DNA of 64,000 bases, taken from positions 128,001-192,000 of the forward strand of contig JAZAHK010000003.1 of assembly GCA_036231405.1 (NCBI GenBank), in the 5' to 3' direction. The translations under genes and the position numbers were made by a program. This document shows, piece after piece, positions 8,353 to 19,099 of this stretch. The first letter of the stretch is position 1. The number at the start of each line of letters is the position of its first letter. The notes beneath the pieces were generated by a model. It saw nothing but the letters and a program-made list of their open reading frames with translations, was not told the DNA's origin and ran no database searches. This DNA comes from Nitrospinota bacterium (GTDB taxonomy: Bacteria; UBA8248).

Positions 8353-11301
8353 TTATATTTTATTTATTTTGCATAACAAACTTTTTAAGTTAGTTTGTCC
8401 TGAAATCGGATCTCTCTGATCTCTACTCGTTAAGAAATTAACGGAATACCAGGGGTTATAGGGTTGTCTTTCTCCCCATCCAATTGGGATAAAAATAGCA
8501 TCTTTTCTGATGCCACTATATAGATAAGCTCTGACATTTATTTTACCATGTGCAGATTCAACTTCAATTATTTCTCCATCTTCTATTTCTAATTCTCTTG
8601 CATGTTCTGGATGAATCTGACAAAAAAGATCAGGGCACATCTCTTGTGCCTCCCAGAAATAATGAGTCCAACTGTGGAAATGCGGCGCAGGGGGTCTCCC
8701 AGTTATCAATTCCGTATCAAAACCCTTAGCCCTTAATTCACGAGAAAGACTCTTTTCCTCTATTGAGACTATCTCCGCTTTAGAAGTACCTGTAGGAACA
8801 TCATAAAATGGTGAAATAACATCTAAACTTTCATCATTATCTTTAATTTCTAAAAACGGTAGATCGATCAAAAGTTCAGGATCAGAGTAAAACTCAGGAA
8901 GAGCAGACAAATCTAAACAATTAAATTTCTTCTCTAACTCTTCAGTCCAAAACTCTAGTTTTCCACTTTTTGTTGGGAATCTTTTTCCTTCAGGCTGACC
9001 AACAGCAGTTGTTCCTTCTAGGTAAAGTGTTTCTTGTTCAGGTGAATCTTCATTTGAAACGGGATAGCGAACCCATCTATAAGGAACTGAATGTAAACGC
9101 TTCTGAGTGACACCTCTTAGAAAATCATTTTGGATACACACTTCATCCCAAAAAATTCGTGGGTCTTTAAATTCTTCCCTAAGAACGTCACCAAATCCTA
9201 AACGTTTCCCGAGTTCTATCCATATCCAACCATCTGGTTTAGCTGCACCAGGAGGTTCTATTAATTTATCGATCCATACAATTCGTCGATCATCATTACT
9301 TCGTCCTATTTCTCCTTTTTCAATTCCCGTAGCAGCAGGCAATACATAATCAGCAAACGAAGAAGTCTCATTTTGGAACAATTCAATATGGACAAAAAGA
9401 TCTAGATTTTGGAACGCATCTCTAACATTATTTTGATCTGGCCATTGAGACAATGGGTTGCTAGAGCTTATCATTGCCTTAATTGGATATGGCACCCCAT
9501 GCTTCATTGCCTTTAGCCAACCAACAGGACTTTTCCTTATCTTTGGTCTACTAATCTTTTTTCTTCTTTCCGTGGGAGCATTTGGAGAAATAGGTGGTCC
9601 AGCGGTCATATTGAAATAGGCCCCACCTTTACGTCCCCAATTACCAGTAATAGCGCTTACAAACATCCAAGTTCGATTAGTTTGTAATGAATTCATGTGT
9701 TGATTTATACCTCTACTAGCAAAAATCACACATCCATCAGAATTAGCAATCTCACTTGCGAGTAATTCTATTTCACTTTGAGCTAAATCAGTTATTTTAG
9801 ATGCCCATTGCGGGCTATAACCTTTTTCAAAAATAAACTCTTTCCAGTTTTCCCATCCTAAAACCCAATCATTACAAAACTTCGTATCATGTAAGTTCTT
9901 TGAAAGAATCTCGTGTGCAATTGAAAGCGCTAATGCCATATCAGTACCTGGACGTATGGGTAACCATCTGTCTGCTTTGCTTGCTGTTACAGTCTGTCTG
10001 GGATCAACAACAATCATTTTTGCTTTATTTTTAATTCTCCAATCATTGATCTTTCCAAAATAAACCGGACGTGTTTCTGCCTGATTATCTCCAACATAAA
10101 GGTACATTTCGGCACTACCAAGATCGGTTGGAGTATAACTGTTTCCACTTCCATTAATACCTTGCGTAATTTGATAAGAAATTGTTTTTCCAGAAGCACA
10201 GAACGGGTCAGTACCCTCAATATTATGGGTCCCCCACAACTGACTGAACAATCTAGTGTATCCTTTTTGAGTAAGAATACCGGTCCTTGTCCCAATAAAA
10301 ATTGCGAGTGCCTCTGGGCCCCATTTCTCTTTCATTTGAATTAACTTTTCAGCAATCTCGTCTAGTGCTTGTTCCCAACTGATTTCTTCAAACTTATTTT
10401 CACCTCTTTCGCCTATCCTTTTCAGTGGAGTGCGAAGTCTCTTTTCATTATGATGTAGTTGCAAAGCAAATTGTGCTTTGGGACATAATTTCCCTTCTAA
10501 CACAGGATCTTCATCATTTCCTGTAATTTGAACTAGCTGGTCTCCCTTAAAATGAAACTTTGTAGTACAGCAGTTAAAACAAATATTACAACCACCTGGT
10601 TCAATTCTACTCGCGATCTTTTCATTTTTCTCAAAACCAAATGGGAAATCAGCATTTAATTTTTTAGAACGAAGTGGGCCATTTCCTGAATTAGACTTCT
10701 TAGGACCCTTACCTGTATTAATGAAATTATTATCCATGATTGGAAGAAATGAACTATTTCCTCTTAATTTCTCTAAATAAATTGTCTGCGGTTTTAATAA
10801 GAAGCTATCAATATCTTTAACAACTCTATCTGTATTTTCTGCGATCTTTAATAATTCTGAACGTTCACCGAAAGTAATAGCATATCCAGGACATACACTA
10901 GAACAAGCAGGTTCTATCTTATCTGCACGTCTTTCCGAACAAAGATCACATTTCACCGAATGATGCCCTTCTTCATCAAAACCCATAGCACTATAAGGAC
11001 AAGACAAAACACATTCTCCACAACCCGTACATAATTCTTCATGAACTTTTACTATACCGGTTTCGTCATCTTTCGTTATTGCTTTAGGATTTACAGGACA
11101 TGATCTAAGGCAAGCAGGGCGTTCGCAATGCTGACAAGTTAAGGTAAAAAAATCTATACCCATACTATCTTGATTGCCAAGCCATACAACCTTATTTCTA
11201 AAAGTTCCAGGTTTTAAACGATGCTCTTGTTTACATGCCGCTTCACAACTTTTGCACCCAAAACATCGTTCCAAGTCAATCATTAATGCAACTTGATTCA
11301 A
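8353..11301 (-). CDS. Molybdopterin (bis-MGD) oxidoreductase with N-terminal fused DmsB-like 4x[4Fe-4S] domain
   Basis: N-terminal CFGCKSCEAAC / CQHCERPACLRSCP / CTGCGECVLSCP / CDLC..PACSSVCP, then CNICFNCC..LCPK, PLKRIGERGE, PIRPGTD, ADYVLPAA and a C-terminal molydop-binding domain. Confidence 0.92.
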   Translation of the reverse strand: MNQVALMIDLERCFGCKSCEAACKQEHRLKPGTFRNKVVWLGNQDSMGIDFFTLTCQHCERPACLRSCPVNPKAITKDDETGIVKVHEELCTGCGECVLSCPYSAMGFDEEGHHSVKCDLCSERRADKIEPACSSVCPGYAITFGERSELLKIAENTDRVVKDIDSFLLKPQTIYLEKLRGNSSFLPIMDNNFINTGKGPKKSNSGNGPLRSKKLNADFPFGFEKNEKIASRIEPGGCNICFNCCTTKFHFKGDQLVQITGNDEDPVLEGKLCPKAQFALQLHHNEKRLRTPLKRIGERGENKFEEISWEQALDEIAEKLIQMKEKWGPEALAIFIGTRTGILTQKGYTRLFSQLWGTHNIEGTDPFCASGKTISYQITQGINGSGNSYTPTDLGSAEMYLYVGDNQAETRPVYFGKINDWRIKNKAKMIVVDPRQTVTASKADRWLPIRPGTDMALALSIAHEILSKNLHDTKFCNDWVLGWENWKEFIFEKGYSPQWASKITDLAQSEIELLASEIANSDGCVIFASRGINQHMNSLQTNRTWMFVSAITGNWGRKGGAYFNMTAGPPISPNAPTERRKKISRPKIRKSPVGWLKAMKHGVPYPIKAMISSSNPLSQWPDQNNVRDAFQNLDLFVHIELFQNETSSFADYVLPAATGIEKGEIGRSNDDRRIVWIDKLIEPPGAAKPDGWIWIELGKRLGFGDVLREEFKDPRIFWDEVCIQNDFLRGVTQKRLHSVPYRWVRYPVSNEDSPEQETLYLEGTTAVGQPEGKRFPTKSGKLEFWTEELEKKFNCLDLSALPEFYSDPELLIDLPFLEIKDNDESLDVISPFYDVPTGTSKAEIVSIEEKSLSRELRAKGFDTELITGRPPAPHFHSWTHYFWEAQEMCPDLFCQIHPEHARELEIEDGEIIEVESAHGKINVRAYLYSGIRKDAIFIPIGWGERQPYNPWYSVNFLTSRDQRDPISGQTNLKSLLCKINKI

Positions 11302-11328
11302 TTTTAATCCTTTTTATCCAAGACAAGA

Positions 11329-12108
11329 CTATTTAGACATGTGCCACCAGTATATTTCAGAACCTCCTGATACATACTCTGCAAAAAAAGTTACCACGAT
11401 TATATGGGCAAAAAGACCAAGAAAAAAAGCAATCGACAAGGAAATATGAATTGATCTCCAAAAACGAATTAAAAAACTATGTTTAAAATTTTTTCTAATG
11501 TACGAGTTCTCCTTACGAACTAAGTTATAAAATCGAATCGAAAAAACCGGATACTTAATCCAGTGTTTTAGACAAAGAGAAAAAGTTCCTTCTTCACTAT
11601 CAGGTTCAATAAAGAACAACAATTCCTCTTTTTTTTGAATTATCCCCTCTATCTTTTCTTTGTCATCTGGATTTAGGGTCTGAAAAATTGGAACTTTGGA
11701 AGCAAAAATTTTTGTGTTTCTCTTAGAAATATAAAATCGTGCAAAAATTCCTAACAAAGTGAGACCTAGGAGTGCAACTAAAAGTAAGGCTGGAGCATAC
11801 CTGATATGGCCAGAAGAGTGGATTGTAACTAAGACAGAACCAATAATGGCTGTTACTACATGACAATTAAACCAAAATACCGGATTTTTGCTTGCATGGG
11901 TTCTCTTCAGAAAGAGGAAAACCATTGAAACAGAAAGAAATAAGGAACCAACCACCCCAAAAATATAAAGAACTGGAGAGCCAGGCGTATGCCACAGAGG
12001 CGGCAGAAGATGCAATAATGAGAAATACATAAGCAGGATGAAGAAAGCAAAAAAAATTAGATAGGCTAGCAATTTATCATGAATTGAAAAAGACTTTTTA
12101 TTCTTCAT
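11329..12108 (-). CDS. Polytopic membrane protein with paired His residues (possible heme b anchor)
   Basis: About 5-6 hydrophobic helices; WFNCHV..IHS and WRSIH..AHI; directly upstream of the molybdoenzyme. Confidence 0.6.
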   Translation of the reverse strand: MKNKKSFSIHDKLLAYLIFFAFFILLMYFSLLHLLPPLWHTPGSPVLYIFGVVGSLFLSVSMVFLFLKRTHASKNPVFWFNCHVVTAIIGSVLVTIHSSGHIRYAPALLLVALLGLTLLGIFARFYISKRNTKIFASKVPIFQTLNPDDKEKIEGIIQKKEELLFFIEPDSEEGTFSLCLKHWIKYPVFSIRFYNLVRKENSYIRKNFKHSFLIRFWRSIHISLSIAFFLGLFAHIIVVTFFAEYVSGGSEIYWWHMSK

Positions 12109-12587
12109 TCAAATTCTATTTTAGAAACTTCGACTATCTCAAAAGTTCTAACACCACCAGGCAGTTTAATAACAACTTCGTCTCCAGGCTCTTTCTGCAT
12201 CAATCCTCTTGCCAAAGGGGCATTAAAAGAAATGATACCGCTAGACAAGTCACTTTCTTCTTCCCCAAGGATTTGGTATGTCAGTTCTTCATCCTTATCA
12301 ATATCAAATAGCTTTACCTTTGTACCAACCGAGACCTTATCCCCAGAAATAGGGAGTTCTTCGATGATCTGGGCAGTTCGTATTTTCTCTTTTAGACGCC
12401 TTGCTTCATGTTGAAGATTCCTTTGTAATTCAATCGCTGCTTCCCATTCCGCATTCTCGCTTAAATCTCCAAGATCTGCTGCTTTCCCGATTTCTTTTGC
12501 AACATCATGCTTAAGACGATGTTCTATCTCCTCAACCTTTTCCTTTAGATTCACTAGGCTTTGATTGGTTAAATAAAATGCCATCAT
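12105..12587 (-). CDS. greA: Transcription elongation factor GreA
   Basis: GDLSENAEW, ISFNAPLARGL, LPGG. Confidence 0.93.
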   Translation of the reverse strand: MMAFYLTNQSLVNLKEKVEEIEHRLKHDVAKEIGKAADLGDLSENAEWEAAIELQRNLQHEARRLKEKIRTAQIIEELPISGDKVSVGTKVKLFDIDKDEELTYQILGEEESDLSSGIISFNAPLARGLMQKEPGDEVVIKLPGGVRTFEIVEVSKIEFE

Positions 12588-12628
12588 TTACCTCTCTTAC
12601 GAATTAAAAACACAAAAGTATATTATAT

Positions 12629-13540
12629 CTAAGCCGATAAATTTCTAAAATCAAATCCAGTCTCGGAAACAAATTCATTAATTATCTTTTCCGTAATTGG
12701 TCCAGGGATTGGATTTTTTGGTAAGAATCGGTCAATCTGGTTAACGGGCATTGCACAAATAGCGCTTGATGTTAAAAAATACTCATCTGCCTGACTTAAG
12801 TCATACAAAGTGATGTCCTTTTCTTCTAAACAAATTCCCAAACGTTTTGCCATCTCAAACACTGTCAATCTTGTAACTCCTTGAAGAACATTTTTTTCAA
12901 GTGGAGTATAAAGAGTATTATCTTTGACCATAAAAAAATTAGCTACTGAATTTTCAGCAACATTTCCATATATATCGAGCATTAAAGAAAGCGAACCATT
13001 GGAAGAAGCATCAAGTTCAGCAAGAATTTGATTCATTTTACTAGTCACCTTTGCTCTAGCCTCGAGACATTGGGGTGGAACTCTCCTTGTAGCAACAATC
13101 GATAATTTAACACCTTTGGAGTATTCCTCTAACAATTGACCTGAGGGGGACTCTCTCCAAAAAATAAAAATTGTTGGTCTTTCAGCTTTACTTGCAATCA
13201 TAGAGGGATCATCCATCCCTCTGGTAACCCAATGACCAACTCGGTACATCTTTCCTTTTTCAAGCAAAATTTGATTTACTTTCAGAGTTTCATGAGTCGC
13301 AATTTTCATTTCTTCTAAATCTAAATGACATTGAATTTGCGTATATTTCAAGGATCTATATAGGCGTTTCAAGTGTTCATCGAGACGAAATAATTTCCCA
13401 TTAAAACAAGGAGTGACCTCGTAAACACCATCTCCCCATAAAAAACCACGATCAAAAGGAGAAATAAGAGCTTTACTCTCTTCTATAATTTCCCCATCGA
13501 GATAAACATAACGATCTGCAGGCATATTGAAGACTTTCAA
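12629..13540 (-). CDS. PLP-dependent aminotransferase class IV (IlvE/Dat-like)
   Basis: DRGFLWGDGVYE, HLKRL, AENSVANFF, LQGVTR, ADEYFLTSS. Confidence 0.9.
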   Translation of the reverse strand: MKVFNMPADRYVYLDGEIIEESKALISPFDRGFLWGDGVYEVTPCFNGKLFRLDEHLKRLYRSLKYTQIQCHLDLEEMKIATHETLKVNQILLEKGKMYRVGHWVTRGMDDPSMIASKAERPTIFIFWRESPSGQLLEEYSKGVKLSIVATRRVPPQCLEARAKVTSKMNQILAELDASSNGSLSLMLDIYGNVAENSVANFFMVKDNTLYTPLEKNVLQGVTRLTVFEMAKRLGICLEEKDITLYDLSQADEYFLTSSAICAMPVNQIDRFLPKNPIPGPITEKIINEFVSETGFDFRNLSA

Positions 13541-13596
13541 ATTAAATAATAGAATTTCCTAGATTTTCTAATAATAACAAATTTCTAACTTTATTT

Positions 13597-15195
13597 TCAT
13601 TTTTTCTTTCCCCATCCACCCCCACCAGGAGTCTCTAACCTTATTATATCTCCTTGCTCCAACTCCAAACGTTGTTTGCTCTTACACTTAATGATTTTAC
13701 CATTCCTTTTCAAAACCGAATTCTTTCCTCTTTTACCTGGCAATCCACCTTGCAGAGCCCACGGGGACAATTTTCTCCTTTCAGTCAAGAAAGAAATAGT
13801 AGCAGGACTTAACAGTTCTATTTCTCTAATTATTCCATCTCCGCCTCTCATTAATCCCGCTCCTCCACTTTTTCTTCTCACTCTATATTTTCTAACTCTT
13901 AAAGGATAGGAATGCTCAATCGATTCTATAGGAGTATTCCTTGTATTCGTTAAATGTGTATGAATTGCATTCTCCCCATTTCCCCATTTTCCAGCTCCCA
14001 TACCACCACCAGTGGTTTCATAATAAGCAAAAGGTTTCCCACATTCGTTCCTCGAACGCAAATCAACTCCTCCTACCGTAAGGTTATTCATGGTCCCACA
14101 AGATGCAGAAGGTATTTTTTCAGGACATGCTTTGGACATGGCACCAAGAACTACGTCAACCATCCTTTGGCTAGTCTCCACATTTCCACCAGCAACAGCA
14201 GACGGAAATGTGGAATTTACTACTGTTCCAGATGGTGCAATTACATCGATAGGTTCCATACAACCAGAGTTATTAGGAATTTCGTATGGGATCAGACATC
14301 TAATTGCATAATAGACAGCAGTTCTAGCTATAGACTCAACAGCATTAATGTTCCCATCTGTTTGCGGAGAGGATCCTGTAAAATCAGCAACCATAGAATC
14401 TTCTGTAATAGTAATTCTTACGCTAATTTTTACAGGGTCCTCTGAAATTCCATCATCATCCATAAAATCACTAAATTCAAATTTTCCATCTGGCATCTCT
14501 GAAATTGCAGCCCTAGTCATTCGTTCCGAATAGTGTTGTAACTCTGAAGTATAAAAAGAAGTCTGGCTTAGACTATATTCATGAATAATTTCTTCGATAC
14601 TTCGTTGACCTACCAGATTTGCAGAAATCTGAGATAGCACGTCTCCCTTACGTTCTTCTGGTGTTCTAACATTAGATAAAATTAGGGAGAGTAAATCTTC
14701 TTGAATAACTCCTTTCCGAACTATCTTTACGGGCGGAATAACTAATCCATCTTGAAAAATCTCTTTAGTTAAGCTCATTGATCCTGGTGCTATTCCACCA
14801 ACATCTGCATGATGTGCTCTATTTGCGACAAAATATTGCAAAGTTAATTTTCTATTTTTCTTTAAAAATATTGGAGAAATCATCGTTAAATCGGGTAAAT
14901 GATTACCTCCGTTAAACGGATCGTTAAGGACTACCATATCATCAGGGTTCAAATCTATCGTTTCAATCACATGTTCGACCGACATTGGCATCGATCCAAG
15001 ATGTGCAGGAAGATGAGCAGCTTGCGATACCATTTTTCCGTTCTTATCAAAAATAGCGCATGAATAATCTCTTCTTTCTTTTATATTTGGAGAAAAAGAA
15101 GACTTGCATAAAGCTATTCCCATTTCCTCTGCAACTGAAAGGAAAAGATTTTTAAAGACCTCTAATAAAATCGGGTCTAATCTACGTTTCCCCAT
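13597..15195 (-). CDS. Hydantoinase B / 5-oxoprolinase subunit
   Basis: SPNIKERRDYSCA, PAHLGSM, NHLPD, HHADVGG, ETPGGGGWG. Confidence 0.93.
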   Translation of the reverse strand: MGKRRLDPILLEVFKNLFLSVAEEMGIALCKSSFSPNIKERRDYSCAIFDKNGKMVSQAAHLPAHLGSMPMSVEHVIETIDLNPDDMVVLNDPFNGGNHLPDLTMISPIFLKKNRKLTLQYFVANRAHHADVGGIAPGSMSLTKEIFQDGLVIPPVKIVRKGVIQEDLLSLILSNVRTPEERKGDVLSQISANLVGQRSIEEIIHEYSLSQTSFYTSELQHYSERMTRAAISEMPDGKFEFSDFMDDDGISEDPVKISVRITITEDSMVADFTGSSPQTDGNINAVESIARTAVYYAIRCLIPYEIPNNSGCMEPIDVIAPSGTVVNSTFPSAVAGGNVETSQRMVDVVLGAMSKACPEKIPSASCGTMNNLTVGGVDLRSRNECGKPFAYYETTGGGMGAGKWGNGENAIHTHLTNTRNTPIESIEHSYPLRVRKYRVRRKSGGAGLMRGGDGIIREIELLSPATISFLTERRKLSPWALQGGLPGKRGKNSVLKRNGKIIKCKSKQRLELEQGDIIRLETPGGGGWGKKK

Positions 15196-15235
15196 AAATC
15201 AATCCTCTAAAACAAGAATTATTTCTGATCAAGAT

Positions 15236-17224
15236 CTATTCTTTCGTCAAAACCAAATTACTTTCTTTATCCACTTTACAATTCCATGAAGGGGGAATTA
15301 AAGATGTTGCACTAAATTCGAAAACCAGTGCTGGACCAACAAAACTATCTCCTGGATATAAATCCATACGATCGTAAACCTTTGCTATATAAGATTTCCC
15401 AAGAAAGACCATTTTTTGCGTTTTAATTTTTTTCTTGCTCAACTTTTCCTTTCTTTTACTACTATCCAATTGAACTGTTTTTGTAGAACCTGTAGCTCTC
15501 ACTCTTATATTAACGATTTCTACCTCTCTATCAGAATTTATAGTCAAATACCTTTTTTCATGAAACTCAGTGAATAACGAATATAAATTTTGGCAGAGAT
15601 TTGAAGTAGTTTTTGGAAAAGGAATAGTTAATTCGTGAGATTGACCTAAATAACGCATATCTAAAAATTTTTCTATTTTTAATTTATTAATATCTTCTTT
15701 TTTTAATTCTTCTTTAGCCTGTTTTAAAAGGGGTGAAAACAAGCGATCTAAAAATTTCTTGTTTATATCCTCTAAATTACAAAGAATCGTTTTAGAGTAG
15801 TCTTTGATTACATCAGCCATAAACATCCCTCTCGCTGAAAGAGTTCCTGGATCTCTAGGAATAAGCACTCTTTTCATACTAAGCATTTCTGCGAGAGTAC
15901 AAGCATGCATAGGACCGGCACCACCAAATGCCATTAAGGTGAAATCGCGAGGATCATGCCCTCTTTCAATACTCATAAGTCGAATTGCGTTAGCCATATG
16001 ACCATTAGCAATTCTTAATAATCCTTCTGCAGCCTCTATAGGACTCATATATATATTTTCTGCTAAAAACTTTATTCCTTTTTTTGATCTATCAGAATGT
16101 ATCTTCATCTTCCCACCAAGAAAGTTAGAAGGATCTATCCTACCTAAGAATAAATTTGCATCTGTTACAGTCACATCGTTTCCATTTCCATAACACATTG
16201 GACCAGGGAACGCCCCAGCACTTTTCGGCCCAACAATAAGGGCTCCACCAGGATCAGATTCCCCTATTGATCCCCCTCCCGCACCAACACTATGAATATC
16301 TATTACGGGAACCCGAACAGGACAACCAGATATTTCTGTCTCTGAAGTAAAGCTTAATTTTCCATCAAGAATTGAAACATCTGCACTTGTACCGCCCATA
16401 TCAATCGTAATAAATTTAGATGATTTCGTCCCTTTAGCTACGTGAAGTGCTCCTACAACTCCTCCTGCGGGACCCGATAGAATCGTTCTGACAGCTTCAT
16501 TGCTAGCTACTTCTGAAGATATAATTCCTCCATTACTCTGCATGACACGAAACCGTCTTAGCGTTTCTTCTTTCTCAAGCTTCCCCAAGTAATTTTTCAT
16601 TAATGGGCAAACATAAGCATTAACACAAGTTGTACTTGTTCTCTCAAACTCTCTATATTCAGGGAGAATAAGACTGGATACAGAAACAGGGAATCCTGCT
16701 TTTTTAAAAAAATCAGAGACTTCTAACTCATGTGAATTATTTGCATAAGAATGGAGAAAACAAATCGCTAAAGATTGTATTTTATTCCTCTTTAATTTTA
16801 GAAGTATTTTTTCTAATTCAGTTCTAGGAAGATCCTTTAAAATTTCTCCTTTTTCATTCATTCTTTGATTTATTCCAAAACGATTTTCTTTTTGAACAAT
16901 AGTTTCAGGTCTATGGTAAGATAGATCATATAGGACATCTCTATTCTGACGACCAATTTCAATGATATCTTCAAAACCAGAAGTTGTAATAAGGCCTACT
17001 TTTGATCCCTCTCGAGATAAGAGGGCATTCGTGGAAACTGTTGAACCATGAATAAGATCAATCGCCCTAGTATCTGTGTTTTTTTCATTGATACCTTGCA
17101 TAATTGCAAGTGATGGATTTGAGGGAGTAGAAGGCACTTTATGAACTTTTAACATTCCATTTTCAAGAAAAACAAAATCGGTAAATGTTCCACCAGTATC
17201 AACTGCAACTCGAAAATCTAACAA
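15236..17224 (-). CDS. Hydantoinase A / 5-oxoprolinase subunit
   Basis: DTGGTFTD, SGPAGG, DMGGTS, GAGGGS, FGGAGPMH. Confidence 0.93.
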   Translation of the reverse strand: MLDFRVAVDTGGTFTDFVFLENGMLKVHKVPSTPSNPSLAIMQGINEKNTDTRAIDLIHGSTVSTNALLSREGSKVGLITTSGFEDIIEIGRQNRDVLYDLSYHRPETIVQKENRFGINQRMNEKGEILKDLPRTELEKILLKLKRNKIQSLAICFLHSYANNSHELEVSDFFKKAGFPVSVSSLILPEYREFERTSTTCVNAYVCPLMKNYLGKLEKEETLRRFRVMQSNGGIISSEVASNEAVRTILSGPAGGVVGALHVAKGTKSSKFITIDMGGTSADVSILDGKLSFTSETEISGCPVRVPVIDIHSVGAGGGSIGESDPGGALIVGPKSAGAFPGPMCYGNGNDVTVTDANLFLGRIDPSNFLGGKMKIHSDRSKKGIKFLAENIYMSPIEAAEGLLRIANGHMANAIRLMSIERGHDPRDFTLMAFGGAGPMHACTLAEMLSMKRVLIPRDPGTLSARGMFMADVIKDYSKTILCNLEDINKKFLDRLFSPLLKQAKEELKKEDINKLKIEKFLDMRYLGQSHELTIPFPKTTSNLCQNLYSLFTEFHEKRYLTINSDREVEIVNIRVRATGSTKTVQLDSSKRKEKLSKKKIKTQKMVFLGKSYIAKVYDRMDLYPGDSFVGPALVFEFSATSLIPPSWNCKVDKESNLVLTKE

Positions 17225-17314
17225 TTTTCCTCTCTAAATGTTTAATTTTGAAAACCTAATCGAAGTTCAATGTGACAATTTAAACAAGAACAGAAGTATC
17301 ACTCATTGAACATA

Positions 17315-18481
17315 TTAAGAAAGAGTAGAAAGTGCACCAGAAATACGATGAATCGCTTCCTCTAAATTTTCGATGCTATTCGCAAAACACATACGCAGAT
17401 GATTATCTGCATATCTACCAAAAGCTGAACCCGGTAATGTCGCTACACCAACTTCATCAAGCAAGTAATCAGATAATTTCTCAGCAGACAATGGAATTTC
17501 ACTGACATTTGGGAAAGCGTAAAACGCGCCCTCAGGGAATTTACAAGATATACCATCAATTGAGTTTAATCCATTTATAAAGACATCTCTTCTCCTCTTA
17601 AATTCCGACATCATTTTAATACTATCAGCTTGCTGACCATTTAAAGCATCCACTCCAGCCATTTGTATGAAAGGAGGAACGCAACTCACAGAATTTGTTA
17701 TAAGCTGGGCTAAAGGTTCAGATAACCATGTAGGAGCTGCTATGAAACCTAGCCTCCATCCAGTCATCGCATAAGTCTTTGAAAAAGTCTCCAGCAAAAT
17801 TGTTCTTTCACGCATTCCATCAAGTGTTCCAATCGAAATATGGGAACCCTGAAATAACATATTCGCATATACTTCATCAGATAGAATGACAAAATCGTTC
17901 TCAATGGCAAGTTTTCCTATTTCTTGCAATTCCACTTCACTCAAAGTACCTCCAGTAGGATTATGAGGATAATTAAGAATCAACAATCGAGTATTCTTCG
18001 AAATTCGATCTTTCAAATCATCGATTGTAAATTTAAAATTATTCTCCTCAAGAATCGGAAGGGGAACCGGTTTCGCTCCGGCATATAGTGCAACTGATTC
18101 GTATACTGGGAAACCTGGATCAGGATATATCACTTCATCTCCAACACCAGATGTAGCCATAATCGTATAGTAGAGAAACGGCTTCCCTCCTGGACCAATC
18201 ACAATCTCTTCTGCCGAATATTGCCCACGATTATTTTTCTTAATCCATTCGCAACAAGCTTCTCTAAGTTCTAGGATGCCAGCAGAAGGACAATAATGGG
18301 TGTTTCCAGATTTCACTTGGGTACATACAGCATTCACAATATTTAATGGAGTATCAAAATCTGTATCACCTATTTCCAAGTGAATAATACTTTTACCCTC
18401 CCTCTCGAGTTGATTAGCTTTCGCCAGAACAACAAAAGAGTTTTCAGTTTTCAAAAGACTCATTCTATCAGCTAGACGCAT
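17315..18481 (-). CDS. PLP-dependent aminotransferase class I/II (aspartate aminotransferase-like)
   Basis: NYPHNPTG, SDEVY, FSKTYAMTGWRLG. Confidence 0.93.
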   Translation of the reverse strand: MRLADRMSLLKTENSFVVLAKANQLEREGKSIIHLEIGDTDFDTPLNIVNAVCTQVKSGNTHYCPSAGILELREACCEWIKKNNRGQYSAEEIVIGPGGKPFLYYTIMATSGVGDEVIYPDPGFPVYESVALYAGAKPVPLPILEENNFKFTIDDLKDRISKNTRLLILNYPHNPTGGTLSEVELQEIGKLAIENDFVILSDEVYANMLFQGSHISIGTLDGMRERTILLETFSKTYAMTGWRLGFIAAPTWLSEPLAQLITNSVSCVPPFIQMAGVDALNGQQADSIKMMSEFKRRRDVFINGLNSIDGISCKFPEGAFYAFPNVSEIPLSAEKLSDYLLDEVGVATLPGSAFGRYADNHLRMCFANSIENLEEAIHRISGALSTLS

Positions 18482-19097
18482 TCGGTAACTCCATATTGTC
18501 TATATTTGGAGATATTCCAAATTCTTTTAATACTTTTATAATTTCCTTCAATGGGAATCCTATAACATTAGTGTAACTCCCATTTATCTTATCTACAAGG
18601 AAATATCCTTTTCCTTGAATAGCATATCCTCCAGCCTTATCTAAAGACTCATTTTCTGCAATATACTCCTTAATTTCAATAGGATTGAGTTTTCGGAACT
18701 CTATTTCTGTTACAACATTTTCAACCTTTTGACATTTAGAAGACATGACTGCAAAACCAGTAATAACAAAATGCTGTCTCCCAGATAGGGAGTCTATCAT
18801 TTTAAATGCGTCCTCTAAATCCTTAGGTTTTCCTAAAATTTTTTTTTCTCTTACAACAATGGTGTCTGCAGCTAAAACGACAGATTCAGGAAATATTTCA
18901 AGCATACTAGAAGCTTTCGCTTTAGCAATTTGCATCGCTATTTCTTCCGGATTTCCGCCCTCACGAAACTCTTCCTCAATGGAAGAATCAGGCGGGGCAA
19001 CTCTAAACTCTATTTTTGTCTCGGACAAAAGAGAAATTCTGCGAGGGGATCCTGAGGCAAGTATTAGAGTGTTTTTATTTTTAGAATTGGGAGCCAA
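18468..19097 (-). CDS. maf: Maf-family nucleoside triphosphate pyrophosphatase
   Basis: ILASGSPRR, ADTIV, LGKP, DKAGGYAIQG, NVIGFP. Confidence 0.94.
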   Translation of the reverse strand: MAPNSKNKNTLILASGSPRRISLLSETKIEFRVAPPDSSIEEEFREGGNPEEIAMQIAKAKASSMLEIFPESVVLAADTIVVREKKILGKPKDLEDAFKMIDSLSGRQHFVITGFAVMSSKCQKVENVVTEIEFRKLNPIEIKEYIAENESLDKAGGYAIQGKGYFLVDKINGSYTNVIGFPLKEIIKVLKEFGISPNIDNMELPNASS

Positions 19098-19099
19098 CT

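Noticed and set aside
8353-11301. Molybdoenzyme as a Sec-containing formate dehydrogenase
   Set aside because: The ORF is uninterrupted and lacks the FDH R-x-(C/U)-H motif.
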